The notes: generated by a model not told the origin, from the sequence alone. Shown: positions 1 to 9,768, numbered from the stretch's first letter. The stretch: 64,000 nucleotides of DNA from an archaeon (GCA_020057295.1 JAGVGF010000002.1:64001-128000); one strand, 5' to 3'. A program made the numbers and translations.

Positions 1-287
1 AAAAATTTTCTTAATAATGACTCGTGTTCTTCTTCAATATCATGTTCTACTTGAATTTCGACTTTGTTAACTTCATCAATTTTCTGCTCCATAGATTCTA
101 ATTCATGTTTATCTTCAGGAGTAATATTTTCACTAGTAGCAATTTTTTCGATATCTTTACGTAATTCTGCATCCACATCAATATCCTTGCGTGGCTTTAT
201 CTTAGGCTTAAATTTTTGCCAGAAAGGCTTGTTCTTACGCTCATGCAAGTAAGAGTTTAAATCAGTATTAATATCAGTTTGTCGCAT
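1..287 (-). CDS. Hypothetical charged/coiled-coil protein, runs off the window (partial)
   Basis: Manual translation MRQTDINTDLNSYLHERKNKPFWQKFKPKIKPRKDIDVDAELRKDIEK..., open towards base 1; GGTGAGG Shine-Dalgarno at 297-291; not in the ORF track because it has no stop in the window. Confidence 0.75.
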   Translation of the reverse strand, partial: MRQTDINTDLNSYLHERKNKPFWQKFKPKIKPRKDIDVDAELRKDIEKIATSENITPEDKHELESMEQKIDEVNKVEIQVEHDIEEEHESLLRKF

Positions 288-348
288 ATACCTCACCATA
301 ATTACTTATTATTACTGTTTATAGTCAATCATATTTAAATTTATTGTT

Positions 349-1026
349 TTATATCACATTCAATAAATATTCCATCATACTCCTAATAACGTCAAAGAAG
401 TTAAATGTTAACAATACTTGTTGATCTACAAAAAACTTCACAAACAATATTATTAGCGCCAATTTTAAGAATTTTCCTAAACCTTGATATATCAAATATT
501 TTGAAAATTTATATTTAGTAGTTCCGATAAATACTACAAAAGTTTCCATCGGGAAAAACGGTATAAAATTTCCGAAAAATAGTATAGAACTACCCCATTT
601 AGATAATTTCTTACCAAACTGTTGAGAATGTTCCTTAATTACGTGCTTGTACGTATAGTCTCTAAATAAGTGTCCGAACCAGAAATCTAAAGTGTGACTA
701 ATTATTATACCGCTCCATACTGCAATAAAACTTAGCAAAGGATCCCCGCCGCTGATTATATAATACAGGAATAGAATATCTATGGGTAGAGATATAAAGA
801 ATAATCCGCTAATGAACGCTACAATAAATAACCAAAATATAGACGTTTTATCTAACTCTCCCTTAATAAAATCATATGTGCTTTTAAGATCAGGACTATT
901 TATAATAACTTTTAATATTATTGGTTGCATTAAAGCAGCAATCACTCCAATAAGTAGAAATACTCCTAAATACCTTAATAATTTACCGTAACGCTTCAAA
1001 TAATTTTCACGTTTAGTTTTAGCCAT
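349..1026 (-). CDS. DedA/VTT (SNARE-associated) family membrane protein
   Basis: Several hydrophobic helices and the DedA-like segment FWFGHLFR...KWGSSILFFGNFIPFFPMETFVVFIGTTKYKFSKY. Confidence 0.75.
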   Translation of the reverse strand: MAKTKRENYLKRYGKLLRYLGVFLLIGVIAALMQPIILKVIINSPDLKSTYDFIKGELDKTSIFWLFIVAFISGLFFISLPIDILFLYYIISGGDPLLSFIAVWSGIIISHTLDFWFGHLFRDYTYKHVIKEHSQQFGKKLSKWGSSILFFGNFIPFFPMETFVVFIGTTKYKFSKYLIYQGLGKFLKLALIILFVKFFVDQQVLLTFNFFDVIRSMMEYLLNVI

Positions 1027-1064
1027 TTTTATCGAATACTCTTATGTATTTTAATCTTAAATCA

Positions 1065-1080
1065 CCTTAAAAATGTTTCG
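1065..1080 (-). promoter_or_regulatory. Putative BRE+TATA promoter (CGAAACATTTTTAAGG)
   Basis: Same CGAAAcATTTaTA pattern as upstream of genes starting at 5705, 9707 and 14869. Confidence 0.5.
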
Positions 1081-1174
1081 ACTATAGATTATTATTATTA
1101 TTATTATCTCACTGGACAATAAGCCGTCACACATAAATATATTGATTGATTTCATTCAATTAGGATGAGTTGAA

Positions 1175-1816
1175 ATGAAACCGAATCAATATATTATTAC
1201 TCCTGAACTTGCACGTATAGTGGCTCACATTTGTGGAGATGGATATGTATATATTAGCAGGCAGAGAAGAACTCCAAAAGAACTAATATCTCATCCAAGA
1301 AAGAATCTCGTTAGGATAAAATATGGTGTTAGATATGTGAATACTGAGCCTATATTAATAAAACAATTCACTTCAGATGTTAAGATTCAATTTGGAAGAA
1401 AAGTTGTTCCTGTAAGAAAACATGAATATGATTTGTCTGCAAAATGGATAAGAGATATTATTATAAAATTAGGCGCCGGAAAATCACATGAATGGTGTAT
1501 AGTAAAAGAAATTCTTCTATCTAAAAAGGCTATTAAAGTAGAATGGTTAAAATCTTTTTTTGATGATGAGGCGCATGTGTCTATTCCTGACAAAAGAATA
1601 GTTCTAAATGTGGTAAATAAAAATGGTTTGTTGCAGATACAAAAATTATTACTAGAATTGGGAATAAAATCAACTGTCAATGGACCTTATGCGTGTAGAA
1701 AATATTATTCTTACAATCTTAAAATATATCGTCCTTATTTAAGAGCGTACTATGAACAAATAGGTTTCTATCATCCTAAGAAAGTTAGAGATTTATTGGC
1801 ATTAATAAATAATTAA
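1175..1816 (+). CDS. Free-standing LAGLIDADG homing-endonuclease-like protein
   Basis: Two LAGLIDADG-type motifs, LARIVAHICGDGYV and WLKSFFDDEAHV; C-terminal IGFYHPKK typical of DOD domains; no intein splice residues. Confidence 0.8.
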   Translation: MKPNQYIITPELARIVAHICGDGYVYISRQRRTPKELISHPRKNLVRIKYGVRYVNTEPILIKQFTSDVKIQFGRKVVPVRKHEYDLSAKWIRDIIIKLGAGKSHEWCIVKEILLSKKAIKVEWLKSFFDDEAHVSIPDKRIVLNVVNKNGLLQIQKLLLELGIKSTVNGPYACRKYYSYNLKIYRPYLRAYYEQIGFYHPKKVRDLLALINN

Positions 1817-1819
1817 ATA

Positions 1820-1893
1820 TGGGGACGCTGAGATTCGAACTCAGATTAACCGCTCTGGAGGCGGTTGTTCTAGCCAGGTTATACTACGTCCCC
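1820..1893 (-). tRNA. trnW: tRNA-Trp(CCA), intronless, 3' CCA not encoded
   Basis: Reverse complement GGGGACGTAGTATAACCTGGCTAGAACAACCGCCTCCAGAGCGGTTAATCTGAGTTCGAATCTCAGCGTCCCCA: acceptor GGGGACG/CGTCCCC, anticodon arm ACCGC-CTCCAGA-GCGGT, T-loop TTCGAAT; TATA-like TTTTATAAAA about 30 nt upstream. Confidence 0.95.
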
Positions 1894-2042
1894 TTATAAT
1901 TGAAATTATAGAATAAGTTGTGTTTTATAAAAGTTATGGTCAACACGTCTTTGATTTACGTATTTATATCTTCCTCATCTTTGAGGTATTGTATGATTGT
2001 TAACGGATTCTCGTAATGTTCACGCATTTTTTATTCAGAAGT

Positions 2043-4403
2043 TTACTTTCTGCCTCTACGTTTCTGTTTAATAAATGCTGCAATGTATATTAGTACTAAT
2101 ATTATTAAGAATATCGCTAAATTAACGTACCAGCAGTATACATTGTATAATTGTGTGAATGATTTTCTTGGAATATTCTTTACGACTAATGTAAATTCTG
2201 GTGATGAAGTTTTGCCGCCTTGAGGATCATATGCTGTTATCTTAGCATATTCTACACCACTCCAACCACTATTTGGATAGAATGTTACTTGTTTACCTTC
2301 GATTATGGCCTTGATATTTTTTATACCGCTAACATTATACTTTAATGTAGCATTATCGGGATCATAAAAGAATTTAGAAATGTCTAATACATACTTGCTA
2401 TCTTGTAGCCATTCATAACGTAATTCTGAAGCGTCATTAGTCAAATTATATACTTGTGATTCGGTTTTAGGCAATCCGCTAAATGTTAATACGAATACTA
2501 AACCCATTAAAAATACTACTACTAAAAGTATTAATATAGGTATTTTTGCTTTGAATCTGTTGCTGAATTTGTAAGGATAGTGTGGACCGACAATTAAGAA
2601 TATTACAATCAATAGAATTACTAATAATATCGCTAATAGTTCGTATAGGCTGAATTGTCTGCATACTGTGCCATAAGCTAAGTATTCGAATGTTTTAGTA
2701 ATTATATTCTTATCTTTTAATTTTACAATAGTTTCTTGTGTGTATGTCACGCCGCTTGAATCTTCAATTATTAATTGTCCGCCATAATAACTATCATTCT
2801 TATTTGCAGCATTAACTTTTAATGTAACATACTTGGTTTCTGACTTGTTAATATTTACTAATGTGTCATCTAATGCTAAAATATTAGAACCATTCCATGA
2901 TACTATATATTTTCCATTAACTAAACCTTTGTTAGTTATAGGCATATTTACTTGTGTAGTTTGATAATTAATTTGATAATTTGTCTTATCAACATTTACG
3001 ACATGACATGTTGGTAAGTCATAGCTTTTAATCCAGAATTCATTATATTCATTAATTCCGTTCTTTATTGTTGCTTTAACTTTGATATCGTAATCTTTAT
3101 TCTCTTCAGGTCCTGTTATTAATACTTTGAAAAATCCTTTCTTACCAGATTCTACAGTAACACTATTTTTAGATAATTTTACTGATGATGGAGCATTTTC
3201 TAAACTCAATGCATATGTTTCAGTATATTTTCCATTATTTAATATTTCACCATCATAACTATACGTGTATGATTCACAAGTTCTTAATGGAGCATTTTTA
3301 TTATTATCATAATCATATAATATCACTTCGTGTTCATAACATGGAAGGAAATTTATTAATAATTTAGAATTCTTAACTATATCGCCAAGTTCTGGTGTAA
3401 CTTCAATCTTTACTTCTGCTGTCTTATATTCTGTTCGATATATTGTTGAATCCACAACTACATAAAATTTCTTGGACTCTCCAGGTTTTAATGTGAAAGC
3501 GTTATTATCTAATTTGCTTAATCTTGCATATTTTGGCAATCCTTTAACTTCTGCTGTATAATTATTAGTTATACTTCCCTTGTTAGTTATTGTTACAGGA
3601 ATCTCATTATACTGTATTCTATTACATACATCAACATTTACTGTGTTGTTAGAATCGCTTCCTATAGTTACATCATAATCATAATTTCTTAAAATATTTA
3701 ATGGTGCATTAACGCTTGCTGATAATTCATTCTTCAAGGAATGTGCGGTGAATATTATATCTTTTGAACCATATACGTTACAATCAAATTTTGCTGTTGC
3801 ACTAATCTTTCCAATCTGATTAGGCTCTAATGTAAAACTTTTAGCGTTATAGACTATATTATTATCATAATTACTCTCTAAATTGTACTCTTCAGAAAAT
3901 GAGCCTGTGTTCTTTACTGATAGCTCAAAATTTTTTGATTGACAAGGATTAATATCAGTACTATAATTTCCTATAGCTAACTCAATATTTTGACATCTAT
4001 CTCTTTGTAATTCCTTTACAATTGTCTTCTGCATGCCAAGATTTGATGTGACTGTAATTTTAAATTCATCAGATCCTGTGCTACAGTCAGAAGTTATGTA
4101 TAAGTAAACATTTCTTGATTGTCCAGGTGCTAACTCGAAATTATTTTCAGAAGTCATAACTTGTGCATGAATTTTATTGGTTGATATGGCAAATACTGCT
4201 GGCCATGTTCCAGTATTAGTTAGGCTGATAGTATCATATTTTGTAGAACAACTACATATACTAACTTTATCATAAGAACTAGTTAATGTGAAGTCTTTAC
4301 TAGGAGTGTACGTATTGACATCAATCACACCAAATACGCTATTTGATAGCATTAAGAATGCCAGTAATATAATAAATATTGAGGATAACTTCATAGTAAC
4401 CAT
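2043..4403 (-). CDS. Secreted, membrane-anchored protein with repeated Ig-like (CARDB/NEW3-type) beta-sandwich domains
   Basis: Signal peptide; repeated motif hxNxGx..x[YF]xL...LxPG[EQ]S (TNTGTW, KNTGSF, TNKGSI, LNNGKY, TNKGLV); three C-terminal TM helices with an Ig-like loop (FYDPDNATLKY); basic tail. Confidence 0.7.
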   Translation of the reverse strand: MVTMKLSSIFIILLAFLMLSNSVFGVIDVNTYTPSKDFTLTSSYDKVSICSCSTKYDTISLTNTGTWPAVFAISTNKIHAQVMTSENNFELAPGQSRNVYLYITSDCSTGSDEFKITVTSNLGMQKTIVKELQRDRCQNIELAIGNYSTDINPCQSKNFELSVKNTGSFSEEYNLESNYDNNIVYNAKSFTLEPNQIGKISATAKFDCNVYGSKDIIFTAHSLKNELSASVNAPLNILRNYDYDVTIGSDSNNTVNVDVCNRIQYNEIPVTITNKGSITNNYTAEVKGLPKYARLSKLDNNAFTLKPGESKKFYVVVDSTIYRTEYKTAEVKIEVTPELGDIVKNSKLLINFLPCYEHEVILYDYDNNKNAPLRTCESYTYSYDGEILNNGKYTETYALSLENAPSSVKLSKNSVTVESGKKGFFKVLITGPEENKDYDIKVKATIKNGINEYNEFWIKSYDLPTCHVVNVDKTNYQINYQTTQVNMPITNKGLVNGKYIVSWNGSNILALDDTLVNINKSETKYVTLKVNAANKNDSYYGGQLIIEDSSGVTYTQETIVKLKDKNIITKTFEYLAYGTVCRQFSLYELLAILLVILLIVIFLIVGPHYPYKFSNRFKAKIPILILLVVVFLMGLVFVLTFSGLPKTESQVYNLTNDASELRYEWLQDSKYVLDISKFFYDPDNATLKYNVSGIKNIKAIIEGKQVTFYPNSGWSGVEYAKITAYDPQGGKTSSPEFTLVVKNIPRKSFTQLYNVYCWYVNLAIFLIILVLIYIAAFIKQKRRGRK

Positions 4404-4448
4404 CTCGATAATATTGTTGATATATTAAAAAATAATAAATAAAAATTT

Positions 4449-5705
4449 TTAGTAGTATGGTTCTGAATCGTTTTTATTATCTCTCATCTTATTGAATCCA
4501 ATTACTAATCCAACGATTATTAAGATAACAACTAATACAACTAAACCTACTTCTAATGCTTGCTTGAATAATGACCAGTCGCTAGAGCCACTCTTAGTTA
4601 TTTTAGCAACTAATGGTATGCTCTTAGTGTCTCCGTCTGCATCGATGTTTAATGTGAATGCCTTATCACCAAGTTCTGCATTTGAATTACTACTAACGTA
4701 TAAGTATGCTGTCTTTGATTGACCTGCTGGTATTACAACAACAGATGATGGATCTATTCTAGTAGTTGCCCAAGTTGATGCTCCTGTAACACTTAAAGTG
4801 TAAGTCTTACTATTTGCTCCAACATTGTTTATCACGATAGGATATACAACACTAGTTCCTTGAGCTACTTCCTGCATATTTGGTACATTAACAATTGTAT
4901 TACCTTGACCTGTTGTAGTGCTTGCGCCACAAGTGTCTCCTTTACTTACTTTTATACTGCCAGTAGTATCGGTCTCACTATACTCATCAAACTCTACTAA
5001 GATATTTACATCATATGTTCCTGCTTTTGTACACTCAGGAATTCTTAATAATAATTCTTCAAAAGTTCTAGATTGATCAGGATCTATCTCGTCCATGTAT
5101 TCAGAAACTTTAATGTTTAAATCTGGAACGCTCATAGTTACTTTTAAGTCCTTTATTTTGCTGTCCCAAAGATTATGTACTTTTACTTTTCCTGTAAATG
5201 CTCTTCCAGCAACAACTTCTTGAGGGTCTAAACTGAAATCTTTAACTTCAACAGCCATACTTCTTTTTATTCCTTTTAGATATAATTGGTATGTCTTGTC
5301 AACTGATGTTCCATTTCTGTCATCTGCTCTTATTCTTAATTTGAAATAATCTTTATCTATTTTTGTTGGAACTTCTAAGTCCAAGTCAAAGCAATCGCTG
5401 TGTCCGTTTAATAAATCGAATGAATCAGTCATGTCGGTAATTTTTGCACTTTCTTGATTTGCATATGCATAACCTGAAATGTCAGCGTATATTTGTGCGT
5501 TAGTTACATCAGCTAATGCTTGTACACATACGTATATGTTTAATTTATCTCCTCTCTTATAGTCTTGGCTAACGCTTGATGTGCCGCTGTCTAATAGTGA
5601 GTGACTATTTACTTCAAGACTTGTAACCTGAAGATTAACTGCACTTACTAATCCAGTGCCTACAATAACGAATGCTAGAAACAATACGAACAATTTTGCT
5701 CTCAT
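4449..5705 (-). CDS. Putative S-layer / cell-surface protein (Ig-like domains, C-terminal TM anchor)
   Basis: Signal peptide ending VSA, CARDB-like repeats (VKVHNLWD...GTYDVNI; INNVGANSKTYTL), C-terminal TM EVGLVVLVVILIIVGLVIGF and short tail ending PYY; has its own promoter. Confidence 0.65.
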   Translation of the reverse strand: MRAKLFVLFLAFVIVGTGLVSAVNLQVTSLEVNSHSLLDSGTSSVSQDYKRGDKLNIYVCVQALADVTNAQIYADISGYAYANQESAKITDMTDSFDLLNGHSDCFDLDLEVPTKIDKDYFKLRIRADDRNGTSVDKTYQLYLKGIKRSMAVEVKDFSLDPQEVVAGRAFTGKVKVHNLWDSKIKDLKVTMSVPDLNIKVSEYMDEIDPDQSRTFEELLLRIPECTKAGTYDVNILVEFDEYSETDTTGSIKVSKGDTCGASTTTGQGNTIVNVPNMQEVAQGTSVVYPIVINNVGANSKTYTLSVTGASTWATTRIDPSSVVVIPAGQSKTAYLYVSSNSNAELGDKAFTLNIDADGDTKSIPLVAKITKSGSSDWSLFKQALEVGLVVLVVILIIVGLVIGFNKMRDNKNDSEPYY

Positions 5706-5763
5706 TTTATTACCCCCAAACTGATTTCTGAATATGACTGTTATCGAATAGATAAACGTTATT

Positions 5764-5779
5764 ATTTATAAATGTTTCG
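5764..5779 (-). promoter_or_regulatory. BRE+TATA promoter (CGAAACATTTATAAAT) of the 418-aa surface protein gene
   Basis: Canonical TTTATAAA box preceded by purine-rich CGAAA; TTTGGGGG RBS-like run before the ATG. Confidence 0.6.
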
Positions 5780-5820
5780 TTTCTTTTACTACTCGATAGT
5801 AAAACATTTTTCATGTTTTT

Positions 5821-8343
5821 TTACTTTTTTATGACTAGTTCCCTATATTTTATTCTTCGAACTTCGTCATTACCAACACTGATTTTAACATAATAGGTTC
5901 CAGGTGTTATACTATACAATGGTATTGTAACAGTTTCTGCCTGTGTTCCACCACGATTCAAATCGAATGATGTTGATCTTCCTTCAATTCCTAATTCCGG
6001 AATACTCACTACAACTCTGGAATTTTTCAACTTTGAACCATACTCATTCTTAACTTCAACATTTACTGTTAAATCATCATTAGGCTTCAAAATATCATAA
6101 CCATCCATGCCATAAATTAATAAGTGTGTTATCAATAATCCGCCTTTAGACTTATCAATTATTACTACTGGTTTTGGCATACTAGAACCATCTAATATTG
6201 TTGCTGTAGTTCTTCCAGAATTAATAGAACCATTAGCGTAGTAAATTGTTAATGTTACTGTATAAACATTTATTGCTGTATATGTGTGTTGAATTGTTGG
6301 TGTTGTTGTATCTGCGGTTTTACCGTCTCCAAAATTCCATAAGTATCGAACTATTTGTCCAGTACTTTTTGAAGCATCAAATGTTACTGGCTGATTAACA
6401 TATCCGTTGTATGGTCCACCCATATCAAATATTAATGTTTGATTAGTAGTTCCATTACTTGTTGTTCTAACTATTCCGCAATTTGCTAATACTACATTAT
6501 TATTTGCATCAGTTACTGTTACACTTGAACTAAATGTTCCAACATTATTATATATGTGTGTAACGCTATTTAATGTATTACTACTTACGCCACCGTCACC
6601 AAATGACCATATGTAATTATATGGTGCTGTTCCGCCGTTAACAAGTGCGTTCATACTAACGCTTAATGGAATATTACCGTTTGTTGGTGATGCAGTACAT
6701 GCAACAGTAAACGTTGCGTTTGTATTATTTACAATTCCAGTAATTACGTGAACATTAATTCTTGTAGTACTATAATCATTGTCTAAATCACTGGCTCTTA
6801 AATCAATTATATCATCACCTAAATTATTTCCGGTAATTGCTAGAACGTTTCCTGAATTTATTACTGTTGTAATTCTAAACGGATTATTAGTTATACTCCA
6901 TCTTAATGTATTATCTTCTAAATCATGACCATAACTGTTTAATCCTATATATGATGTTTGTCCAACATTAATATACACATCAGGTATGTTGCTTATTGTT
7001 GGCTTATTATTTAATATGATTAAATTAACTTGTGCTTGTCCGCCTGTTAATCCTGTAAAGTTAAATGCGAATGCAAAAACATTACTATCTCCTAAAAACT
7101 CATGTCTTAATGGTATCATATCTAATTTATAATAATACCAGTTACCATTATAGCTTAACCTGCTCAAATCAACTCTACCGCCTGGTAGACTGACTAGTGC
7201 TGCTGCTGTAACAATATCGCTTGTAACAAATGTGTTACTTATAGGATCGTAAACTTGAAATTTTGCATATAATGATTCTCCTCTATAGAATGTGTTATCT
7301 GGATAGAAAAAATTACTATCATTATATGTTGCTAAATTAATAACATTATATCTTTGAGCGTATACATCAAATGTGTATGATGCACCATTGCCTGTATAAT
7401 TAATATATCCTGGTGCACTTGCTGTAGCATAAACTGTGTATGTTCCAACACCACTTACAGGACTAGTTACTGTACATCCGCCACTAAGCGTATTTGTTTT
7501 ACATGTTCCGAATAATCTTCCGTCGCTGTATGCAATTTTTACATCAACATTTCCTGGAACTAATCCGTTACTTGATGTAACCATTACACTGCATGATTGA
7601 TTGTTATTGTTTACAACTCTTGGAAAACAATTTATTGATTGTATACTTAATGTTGGTGGAACAACTGTAATTGCTCCAACTCCACAATTAGCTGTTACAC
7701 TTACACTATTACTGTCTACAACTCTTAATGTAGGATTAAATGTTCCTATATTATATGTGTGTGTTTGAGTATTTGTTAAAGAATTTGTTGATACACTAAA
7801 TATACTTGAACCATCATTATAATTCCAATTATATGTATATGGCGCATTTCCTCCGGTTACTGTTCCAGTAAAATCTACATTTAATGGAGCATATCCGTTA
7901 GTTGGCACTGCATTACATGAAACTGCAAATGTTGAAACTGCTGTAGGTAAAACATTTAATATTAATCTAAAACTATCAGAACTAAATCCGTCAACAGATT
8001 TTATGTAAACATAATATGTTCCATTTGTATTTCCATATTGTGTTGGTGTAACATTTATGTAGCCATTAGCGCCATTGCCTACTGTTGCTGTTGTTGGAAT
8101 ATAAGTAAATATAGGGTTTGTTAATCCTTGCTTGTATAATGTAATATTGTATTGTCCGCCTCTTGTACTAATTGCATGAACTCTATATTCAAATTCTGCA
8201 GTTTGACCATTATTAATATTTAACACTACATCATTATTACTAGTCCATGTAGCTTGATTGATTGATGCCATTACTGGACTAACACATACAATGCTTAAAA
8301 TGAACAATAATACAATTATCCAACTTTTCATTTTATCCCTCAT
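5821..8343 (-). CDS. PKD-domain cell-surface protein
   Basis: Signal peptide; three PKD-like repeats (YNWNYNDGS, YIWSFGDGG, YLWNFGDGK, each followed by HxY); N/T/S-rich; C-terminal CARDB-like domain. Confidence 0.85.
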   Translation of the reverse strand: MRDKMKSWIIVLLFILSIVCVSPVMASINQATWTSNNDVVLNINNGQTAEFEYRVHAISTRGGQYNITLYKQGLTNPIFTYIPTTATVGNGANGYINVTPTQYGNTNGTYYVYIKSVDGFSSDSFRLILNVLPTAVSTFAVSCNAVPTNGYAPLNVDFTGTVTGGNAPYTYNWNYNDGSSIFSVSTNSLTNTQTHTYNIGTFNPTLRVVDSNSVSVTANCGVGAITVVPPTLSIQSINCFPRVVNNNNQSCSVMVTSSNGLVPGNVDVKIAYSDGRLFGTCKTNTLSGGCTVTSPVSGVGTYTVYATASAPGYINYTGNGASYTFDVYAQRYNVINLATYNDSNFFYPDNTFYRGESLYAKFQVYDPISNTFVTSDIVTAAALVSLPGGRVDLSRLSYNGNWYYYKLDMIPLRHEFLGDSNVFAFAFNFTGLTGGQAQVNLIILNNKPTISNIPDVYINVGQTSYIGLNSYGHDLEDNTLRWSITNNPFRITTVINSGNVLAITGNNLGDDIIDLRASDLDNDYSTTRINVHVITGIVNNTNATFTVACTASPTNGNIPLSVSMNALVNGGTAPYNYIWSFGDGGVSSNTLNSVTHIYNNVGTFSSSVTVTDANNNVVLANCGIVRTTSNGTTNQTLIFDMGGPYNGYVNQPVTFDASKSTGQIVRYLWNFGDGKTADTTTPTIQHTYTAINVYTVTLTIYYANGSINSGRTTATILDGSSMPKPVVIIDKSKGGLLITHLLIYGMDGYDILKPNDDLTVNVEVKNEYGSKLKNSRVVVSIPELGIEGRSTSFDLNRGGTQAETVTIPLYSITPGTYYVKISVGNDEVRRIKYRELVIKK

Positions 8344-8363
8344 CTAAAGTATATCTTAATAAT

Positions 8364-9707
8364 CTAAAATTTGTATATTAATGATGCATTAACGCCGTTT
8401 TTTGTTCCGTCATTTGGATTAATATCTCCTGTTACATCAAGATATAATCCATCAATTCCTTTAATTCCGCCTAATCTTAAACCTACAGGTATACTGAAAT
8501 ATGAATTACTTCCTTCTGTAGTTGGTTGTGTTACTGGTGGTTTTGAAAGAGGATTATTTTGTGCTCTATCTCTTATAGTTTCTGTAACTGTACTTTCTAA
8601 TGTTGAGTTACTACTATTATATTGAGCGCCAACTCCTACTTTTAAGTTGTTTCCTCCTAGCCAAGCCATTACTCTTGTTTTCCATCCAGTATATTTCTCT
8701 GTGAATTTTTGTACAGTAGATCCAAATGTTGAATTCCATGTACTATCATAATCTTTATTTGAATTACCTATCAAATTAGTTTTAGCAACTGTTCCTTCTA
8801 AATCCCAATGTGAATCAGGGCTATATCCTAATGTTAATCCTGTAACATTTCCTTTATTTGTTGAACTTCCATCTTTTCCAAATAATAATCCTGCATACCA
8901 TTTTGATTTTGTTGTGTCAGGAACATCTGTTGTATCAGTTCTAGCTGTACTATTTCCTGATGTTCTATTACTTACTGCAGAACTATCTGTTAATCCTGAA
9001 GCAATTAATGCTGTACTGTCAGTAACTCCTGGAATGTACAACATGAATTTTACTTCCTCGCCATCATATCTTTTTATTACTGTTCTACCATTCTGTACTA
9101 TAGTATCAGTATATGCTGGAGTTCTACGTATTGCTCCAAATTGTAATCCGCGATGTCCTGCTCTTCCAACGGTTAATGCATCTGCAGCTGTTTCTCTACC
9201 ATCATAATTATTGTTGCCTAAATGTGTTGAAATATCTTTTAGCAATGTTGTATCTCTTGGCATTCTTCCCATTTGTGTACTATCCGCAAGATCTTTACGC
9301 CATTGCGCTAATGCTCTTTCATCAGCTATGATTACTTTATCGTTAGGATTTTTCTTTTTTAATGCAGCAATATTTCTCTTTTCATAATTTATTAATCCTT
9401 CAGGAGTCATTAACACCCATTGTCCATGAGGTGCGTTAGGATATGTACTTCCATAATTTAATTCTTTAGCTTCTCTGCCCGGAATTACAGTAACTCTGTC
9501 CGGTACTGCAATACTTCGACCAGGAATGAATGCTGTACTAGTATCTTTGGTAATCCTGTTGTGTTGTAATGGTGTTCTTGATTGTGCATCTAATTCGGTG
9601 CTTAACATGTAACTTCCAATTAGAAATATTCCTGCTGCTTTAAGTGCATCAATTAAATCTGTTTTAAGACTAGAATAATTATAGTTATTTATATTTGTAA
9701 AGTTCAT
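8364..9707 (-). CDS. Secreted protein with a C-terminal outer-membrane beta-barrel-like domain
   Basis: Hydrophobic N-terminal segment ending LDA-Q; S/T-rich linker; about 8 amphipathic Gly/aromatic-rich strands (KWYAGLLFG, TGLTLGYS, WDLEGTV, LKVGVGAQY, YFSIPVGLRLG, LYLDVTG, GVNASLIYKF) ending in terminal Phe. Confidence 0.55.
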   Translation of the reverse strand: MNFTNINNYNYSSLKTDLIDALKAAGIFLIGSYMLSTELDAQSRTPLQHNRITKDTSTAFIPGRSIAVPDRVTVIPGREAKELNYGSTYPNAPHGQWVLMTPEGLINYEKRNIAALKKKNPNDKVIIADERALAQWRKDLADSTQMGRMPRDTTLLKDISTHLGNNNYDGRETAADALTVGRAGHRGLQFGAIRRTPAYTDTIVQNGRTVIKRYDGEEVKFMLYIPGVTDSTALIASGLTDSSAVSNRTSGNSTARTDTTDVPDTTKSKWYAGLLFGKDGSSTNKGNVTGLTLGYSPDSHWDLEGTVAKTNLIGNSNKDYDSTWNSTFGSTVQKFTEKYTGWKTRVMAWLGGNNLKVGVGAQYNSSNSTLESTVTETIRDRAQNNPLSKPPVTQPTTEGSNSYFSIPVGLRLGGIKGIDGLYLDVTGDINPNDGTKNGVNASLIYKF

Positions 9708-9752
9708 TTTAATCCCCCAAAAATATGTACTTATGAAGGTAAAATCAGAATA

Positions 9753-9768
9753 ATATATAAATGTTTCG
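9753..9768 (-). promoter_or_regulatory. BRE+TATA promoter (CGAAACATTTATATAT) of the beta-barrel-like/PKD gene pair
   Basis: First 13 nt identical to the promoter at 5764-5779. Confidence 0.6.

Noticed and set aside
1088-1107. (ATT)n microsatellite upstream of the LAGLIDADG gene
   Set aside because: A short low-complexity run, expected in very AT-rich DNA
1175-1816. LAGLIDADG ORF as an intein or tRNA-intron-encoded protein
   Set aside because: No host extein, no N-terminal Cys/Ser or C-terminal His-Asn junction, and the adjacent tRNA is uninterrupted and on the opposite strand
1956-2027. 23-codon minus-strand ORF MREHYENPLTIIQYLKDEEDINT
   Set aside because: Too short, no RBS and no recognisable motif; cannot be supported
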